Assembly (NCBI RefSeq): GCF_001457595.1
Contig: NZ_LN831039.1
Coordinates: forward strand, 5,280,001-5,312,000
DNA length: 32,000 nucleotides
Reading direction: 5' to 3'
Source of the DNA: Mycolicibacterium smegmatis
Lineage (GTDB): Bacteria > Actinomycetota > Actinomycetes > Mycobacteriales > Mycobacteriaceae
A program made the position numbers and the translations under genes. Under the pieces are notes generated by a model. That model saw only the letters and a list, made by a program, of their open reading frames with translations, was not told where the DNA came from and ran no database searches. Positions 28,328-32,000 of this stretch are shown here, in pieces. Each line of letters begins with the position of its first letter. Position 1 is the first letter of the stretch.

Positions 28328-29119
28328 GTGGCCGGATCCACACCGCTGGCGCCGATGATCGGGCCTGATGCGATAACGCCTCGGGCCGCCGTCCGGTCAC
28401 CCAAGACCGCTGAACTCGTCGCGGGCACTCTACGCCGCATGGTGGTGGAGGGTCAGCTCAAGGACGGCGACTTCCTCCCCAACGAGGCCGAGCTCATGAG
28501 CCATTTCGGCGTGAGCCGCCCGACGCTGCGCGAGGCCGTGCGCGTCCTGGAGTCGGAGCGCCTGGTCGAGGTGCGCCGCGGGTCGCGCACGGGAGCCCGC
28601 GTGCGGGTACCCGGCCCGGAGATCGTCGCGCGCCCCGCGGGTCTGCTGCTCGAACTGTCCGGGGCCGACATCGCCGACCTGCTCGTCGCCCGCTCGGCGA
28701 TCGAACCGATGGCCGCGCGCCTGCTCGCCGAGAACGGCACCGAGGAGCAGTTCGCCGAACTCGACCGCATGCTCGAAGAGCACATTCCCAGCGACTGGCA
28801 GTCCGACCGGCTGGCCGAGACCACGGGCGACTTCCACCGCCGCGTCGTGGAACTGTCGGGCAACGCCACCCTCGGCATCATTGCCGGCATGCTGCACGAG
28901 ATCACGGTGCGCCATCACCAGTTCCTGTTCCGCGAGCACCGGCCGGTCTCCAAGTCCGACTACGACAAGCTCATGCGGTCCTACCGCAAGCTCATGCAGA
29001 TCATGCGCTCGGGTGACGGCGATGCCGCCGAGGCCCACTGGCGCACGCACCTCGACACCGCCCGGGCCCTGATGTTGCAGGGGTTGGAGTCGGTGAAGGT
29101 GCGGGATGTGATGGGCTAG
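28328..29119 (+). CDS. GntR family regulator, FadR subfamily (FCD domain)
   Basis: LVAGTLRRMVVEGQLKDGDFLPNEAELMSHFGVSRPTLREAVRVLESERLVEVRRGSRTGARV plus all-helical FCD region; GTG start with AGGGAG upstream. Confidence 0.93.
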   Translation: MAGSTPLAPMIGPDAITPRAAVRSPKTAELVAGTLRRMVVEGQLKDGDFLPNEAELMSHFGVSRPTLREAVRVLESERLVEVRRGSRTGARVRVPGPEIVARPAGLLLELSGADIADLLVARSAIEPMAARLLAENGTEEQFAELDRMLEEHIPSDWQSDRLAETTGDFHRRVVELSGNATLGIIAGMLHEITVRHHQFLFREHRPVSKSDYDKLMRSYRKLMQIMRSGDGDAAEAHWRTHLDTARALMLQGLESVKVRDVMG

Positions 29120-29496
29120 TCGGGCCAGACCGCGAGGCGCGCGTCGGTGTCGCGCCACCCGTCGGAGGTCTTCCACCGCATGGGCAGCAGGCGGTAGCGC
29201 CAGCTGCCCGGCGGGCCGTCGGCGCCGACGTGGTCGACCGACAGCGAGATGAGGTCGGGGGCAAGGTGTTTGGCGTGGGTCTCCAGGTACACACCGGCCT
29301 CGTCGTCCAGGTCGGACATCAACTCGCCGTAGAGCAGTCGCGGGCCGGGCGCCCGGTACGCGAGCACGCATCTCTCCCGCTGCGGGCAGTGGTGGGCGCG
29401 CACGGCCACGTGACACCCCGTGTCCACGCTGCCCAGGTCGCTCATCAGCCGCCCGGAGCCGTCCAGCCACACCGCAACGGGCTCAGGCGTGTTCAC
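29116..29496 (-). CDS. Hypothetical protein (126 aa)
   Basis: ORF overlaps the upstream DUF3556-like gene by 14 nt and the FadR stop by 3 nt; coding-like composition (MNTPEPVAVWLDGSGRLMSDLGSVDTGCHVAVRAHHC...). Confidence 0.7.
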   Translation of the reverse strand: MNTPEPVAVWLDGSGRLMSDLGSVDTGCHVAVRAHHCPQRERCVLAYRAPGPRLLYGELMSDLDDEAGVYLETHAKHLAPDLISLSVDHVGADGPPGSWRYRLLPMRWKTSDGWRDTDARLAVWPD

Positions 29497-31237
29497 GTCG
29501 TTCGCCGGAGAGACTGTGCACGCCGTGGACCGGCACGTCGTCGTCCCACGGTTGCCGTGTCACCATGTCGGCGACCTTGACGTAGCCGCGCTCGAACTCG
29601 CCCGTGGCCGCGTCGACCAGGCGGTAGTTCTGGGTCTGGCGCTGGATCGGCTGGGCATCGAGCATGACGATCCGCACCTCACCGGGTTCGAAGTGGCACC
29701 GTTTCTGCAGTGCGTCGACGAGTTGTTCGTTGCTCATGTGCCCGTCGCCGAAGTTCCAGCCGATCGCGGTCGAGACGATCCGCTCGCCGTCGGTCAGCAC
29801 GTACTCGCCCTCGTCGTGGCCCGCCATCGCGCGGTGCGCGAGCGTGAACAGCGCGCGGCCGTGAGAGTTGAACCCGCGGAACGCATATCCCATGTACAGA
29901 TACATCTGGGCAGTCTCGGGGCTGCCGTAGTACCGCTCCATCTGCGCCGCGGGCATGCTGGCGATCGCGACGATGTTCTTCTCGATCTTCTCCGCGGCCG
30001 ACGGCTTGACGCACCACAGCGAGGTGTCCCAGTTGCCGGCGTAGTAGCGCATGCCGGGCAGGAACGAGATCTTGCGCGGGAAGAGGTTTCCCAGCGTCAC
30101 CGTGGTGACCAGCACCGCCAACAGCAGCAGCGGCAGCGGCGTGCTCAGGTCGGTGATGCCGACGTCGGCGTGCCCGACGAACAACGTTGCCACGCAGAAG
30201 ATCATGAACACGTTCCACTCCAGCGGCACGCCCATGGGGATGGCACTGAGGATGCCGAAGTGGAAGCAGATCATCACGGTCGCCGCGAGCGCGGTGGGCC
30301 ATCCGCCGTGGGAGAAGAACAGCGCCAGCGGCACCAGCATCTCGATCGCGGTGCTGACGTGCGCGAGCCAGCGCGAGGGGCGGCCGGGCCGTAGATCATC
30401 CGGGAAGTGTTCGAAGAACTTGCGTTTGATGAACCGTGGCCGCAGCACCGGGTTGTTGCTCATCATCGTCGAGATGACGAACGGGAAGTGTTTGTTGAGC
30501 TTGGAGGTGGCCGCGCCCAGCCAGATCACCATGCACACCAGCTTGGCGGCCAGGATCGCGTCGACGCCGTGACCGGCGAACAGGAACGCGACCGTGAACG
30601 ACGCGTACACCTCGCCGCGCGCGGCCAGGAAGATGACCTTGTCGCGCAGACCGAGCACCGCGAGAAGCACCAGCACCGCGGCGATCTGCCACATCGGCAG
30701 CACGCCGATCTCGGTGCCGAGTGCGGGCAGCGGCCCCGTACCGTCGGAGAAGATCGCGATCAGCAGCACCACGAGCAGCGCGCCGTACAGCACCGCGTCG
30801 AACACCGTGCGGGTGTCACCCTTGGTCAGCGGCACGCGGTCGGGCCACGGGGGCAGGCGAATGGTCTTCGGCCGCAACCAGTACAGGATCGACCCCATCG
30901 GCGGGAAAAACCGGTTGTTGAGCGGGCCGAAGCCGCAGCCTAGTCCCACGACCTCGTACAGCATGGTGTAGAGCACGACCTTCTCGAACACGATCGGTTC
31001 GGTCCACCAGTCGGCGACCGCGGTGAAACCGTCGATGCCGCGCGTGCTCAGCACCACGAGCCACGCGCCCAGGACGTACAGGCAGATCTTCACGACGTAG
31101 AACAGATGCAGCGCGACCGGGGTGCCGAACCCGACCTCGGCCCAGTGGCGGGCCATCGGCCGGATCTTCTCGGCGCGAGTGCCCTTGCTCCACTCCTCGA
31201 AGTCGACTTGCGGAGCGGTCTGCTTGAGAAAGCCCAT
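29483..31237 (-). CDS. DUF3556-like multi-pass membrane protein (584 aa)
   Basis: MGFLKQTAPQVDFEEWSKGTRAEKIRPMARHWAEVGFGTPVALHLFYVVKICLYVLGAW... ; large membrane protein of a family I recall as mainly mycobacterial. Confidence 0.75.
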   Translation of the reverse strand: MGFLKQTAPQVDFEEWSKGTRAEKIRPMARHWAEVGFGTPVALHLFYVVKICLYVLGAWLVVLSTRGIDGFTAVADWWTEPIVFEKVVLYTMLYEVVGLGCGFGPLNNRFFPPMGSILYWLRPKTIRLPPWPDRVPLTKGDTRTVFDAVLYGALLVVLLIAIFSDGTGPLPALGTEIGVLPMWQIAAVLVLLAVLGLRDKVIFLAARGEVYASFTVAFLFAGHGVDAILAAKLVCMVIWLGAATSKLNKHFPFVISTMMSNNPVLRPRFIKRKFFEHFPDDLRPGRPSRWLAHVSTAIEMLVPLALFFSHGGWPTALAATVMICFHFGILSAIPMGVPLEWNVFMIFCVATLFVGHADVGITDLSTPLPLLLLAVLVTTVTLGNLFPRKISFLPGMRYYAGNWDTSLWCVKPSAAEKIEKNIVAIASMPAAQMERYYGSPETAQMYLYMGYAFRGFNSHGRALFTLAHRAMAGHDEGEYVLTDGERIVSTAIGWNFGDGHMSNEQLVDALQKRCHFEPGEVRIVMLDAQPIQRQTQNYRLVDAATGEFERGYVKVADMVTRQPWDDDVPVHGVHSLSGERREHA

Positions 31238-31248
31238 GCGGGCCAGAT

Positions 31249-31262
31249 TAGAACGTGTTCTA
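31249..31262. promoter_or_regulatory. Putative KstR binding site
   Basis: TAGAACGTGTTCTA matches the published KstR consensus TNNAACNNGTTNNA; 12 bp upstream of ATG 31237. Confidence 0.75.
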
Positions 31263-31270
31263 GTCGCCTG

Positions 31271-31795
31271 TCAGCCGGTCTCGGCCGGTGGGCGGTAGAA
31301 GATCGCCAACTGGCCGATTCCGCCGGCCAGACCGAGTACCACCGCGATCGCGAGCCCCCACCAGCCGTACAGGTAGTCGTAGAAACCGGTGCCGGAGAAC
31401 AGCAGGTGATCCAGGCTGAAGCGGCCCGCCCCGGTCCCGGCGATCGCGATCGCGGCGACCGCGAGGATCAGGTTGTACTCCCAGCCCTCCTTGACGATGA
31501 AGAAGCCGTTGGCCCGGTGCACGGTCCACGCCGCGACGAGCATCAGCGCGACGAAACCCGCCGCGGGAATCGGCGTCAGCAGGCCCACCGCCAGACCGAG
31601 GCCTGCGGCGATCTCGGTGGTGGCCGCCACGCGGGCGTGGAACATACCGGGCTTCATGCCGATGCTGTCGAACCAGCCCGCGGTGCCGGGGATGCGGCCG
31701 CCGCCGAAGAACTTGTTGTAGCCGTGAGCTGCCATGGTGAGGCCGAGAACCACGCGCAGGATCAGGATCGCAGTGTCGAACGCACTTTCCGCCAT
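31271..31795 (-). CDS. DoxX family membrane protein
   Basis: AILILRVVLGLTMAAHGYNKFFGGGRIPGTAGWFDSIGMKPGMFHARVAATTEIAAGLGLAVGLLTPIPAAGFVALM. Confidence 0.9.
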   Translation of the reverse strand: MAESAFDTAILILRVVLGLTMAAHGYNKFFGGGRIPGTAGWFDSIGMKPGMFHARVAATTEIAAGLGLAVGLLTPIPAAGFVALMLVAAWTVHRANGFFIVKEGWEYNLILAVAAIAIAGTGAGRFSLDHLLFSGTGFYDYLYGWWGLAIAVVLGLAGGIGQLAIFYRPPAETG

Positions 31796-31817
31796 GTGAC
31801 GAAATCTAAGCCATCTG

Positions 31818-32000
31818 TCACGCGGCTGCCCACCCCCCGTCCACACTGAGGATGGCACCGTGGATGTTGGCGGCCTCGTCACCGGCCAGGAACACCACCG
31901 CGGCGGCAACTTCCTCGGGCGTGCTCATCCGCCGCGACGGTATGCGGGCGAGCACCCCGGACACATGGTCGGCAGCCTCCAGCACCCGCTCGGTGGCGAT
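31818..32000 (-). CDS. Short-chain dehydrogenase/reductase C-terminus (truncated by window)
   Basis: Reverse frame reads IATERVLEAADHVSGVLARIPSRRMSTPEEVAAAVVFLAGDEAANIHGAILSVDGGWAAA* , a typical SDR C-terminal pattern. Confidence 0.85.
   Translation of the reverse strand: MATERVLEAADHVSGVLARIPSRRMSTPEEVAAAVVFLAGDEAANIHGAILSVDGGWAAA

Overview
A high-GC actinobacterial, almost certainly mycobacterial, chromosomal window. Gene content and order resemble the M. tuberculosis Rv1142-Rv1155 neighbourhood and the corresponding Mycolicibacterium smegmatis region; this is from family recognition, with no database search. It is gene-dense core or metabolic DNA with about 37 protein-coding genes. No tRNA, rRNA, CRISPR array, prophage or transposase was seen. 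Main blocks: (1) end of an ActP-like symporter, MFS, acyltransferase-3, DUF5302, F420/PPOX, lipoprotein esterase, DUF1697, Omt-like methyltransferase; (2) YtrA-type GntR divergent from a CobB sirtuin; (3) an overlapping MMPL-TetR-methyltransferase operon with a 27-bp TetR-like operator upstream; (4) racemase/CoA-transferase, SDR and nitronate monooxygenase divergent from a crotonase; (5) an orphan HicB-like protein, CPBP protease, TetR/aldo-keto reductase, gamma-carbonic anhydrase, GlxA-like AraC and MFS transporters; (6) a secreted fasciclin protein; (7) a thiolase-crotonase-acyl-CoA dehydrogenase operon divergent from a FadR-type GntR with a multi-half-site dyad array; (8) a DUF3556-like membrane protein preceded by a KstR-type box, and a DoxX protein. 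The most interesting non-coding or unannotated signals are the KstR-like box at 31249-31262, the dyad array at 28198-28227, the MMPL operator at 10761-10787, a perfect 34-bp palindrome at 15756-15789 with a degenerate second copy at 15858-15885, and an acidic 43-50 aa small ORF at 11620-11751 followed by tandem hairpins. I found no evidence for a wholly new defence or mobile system.
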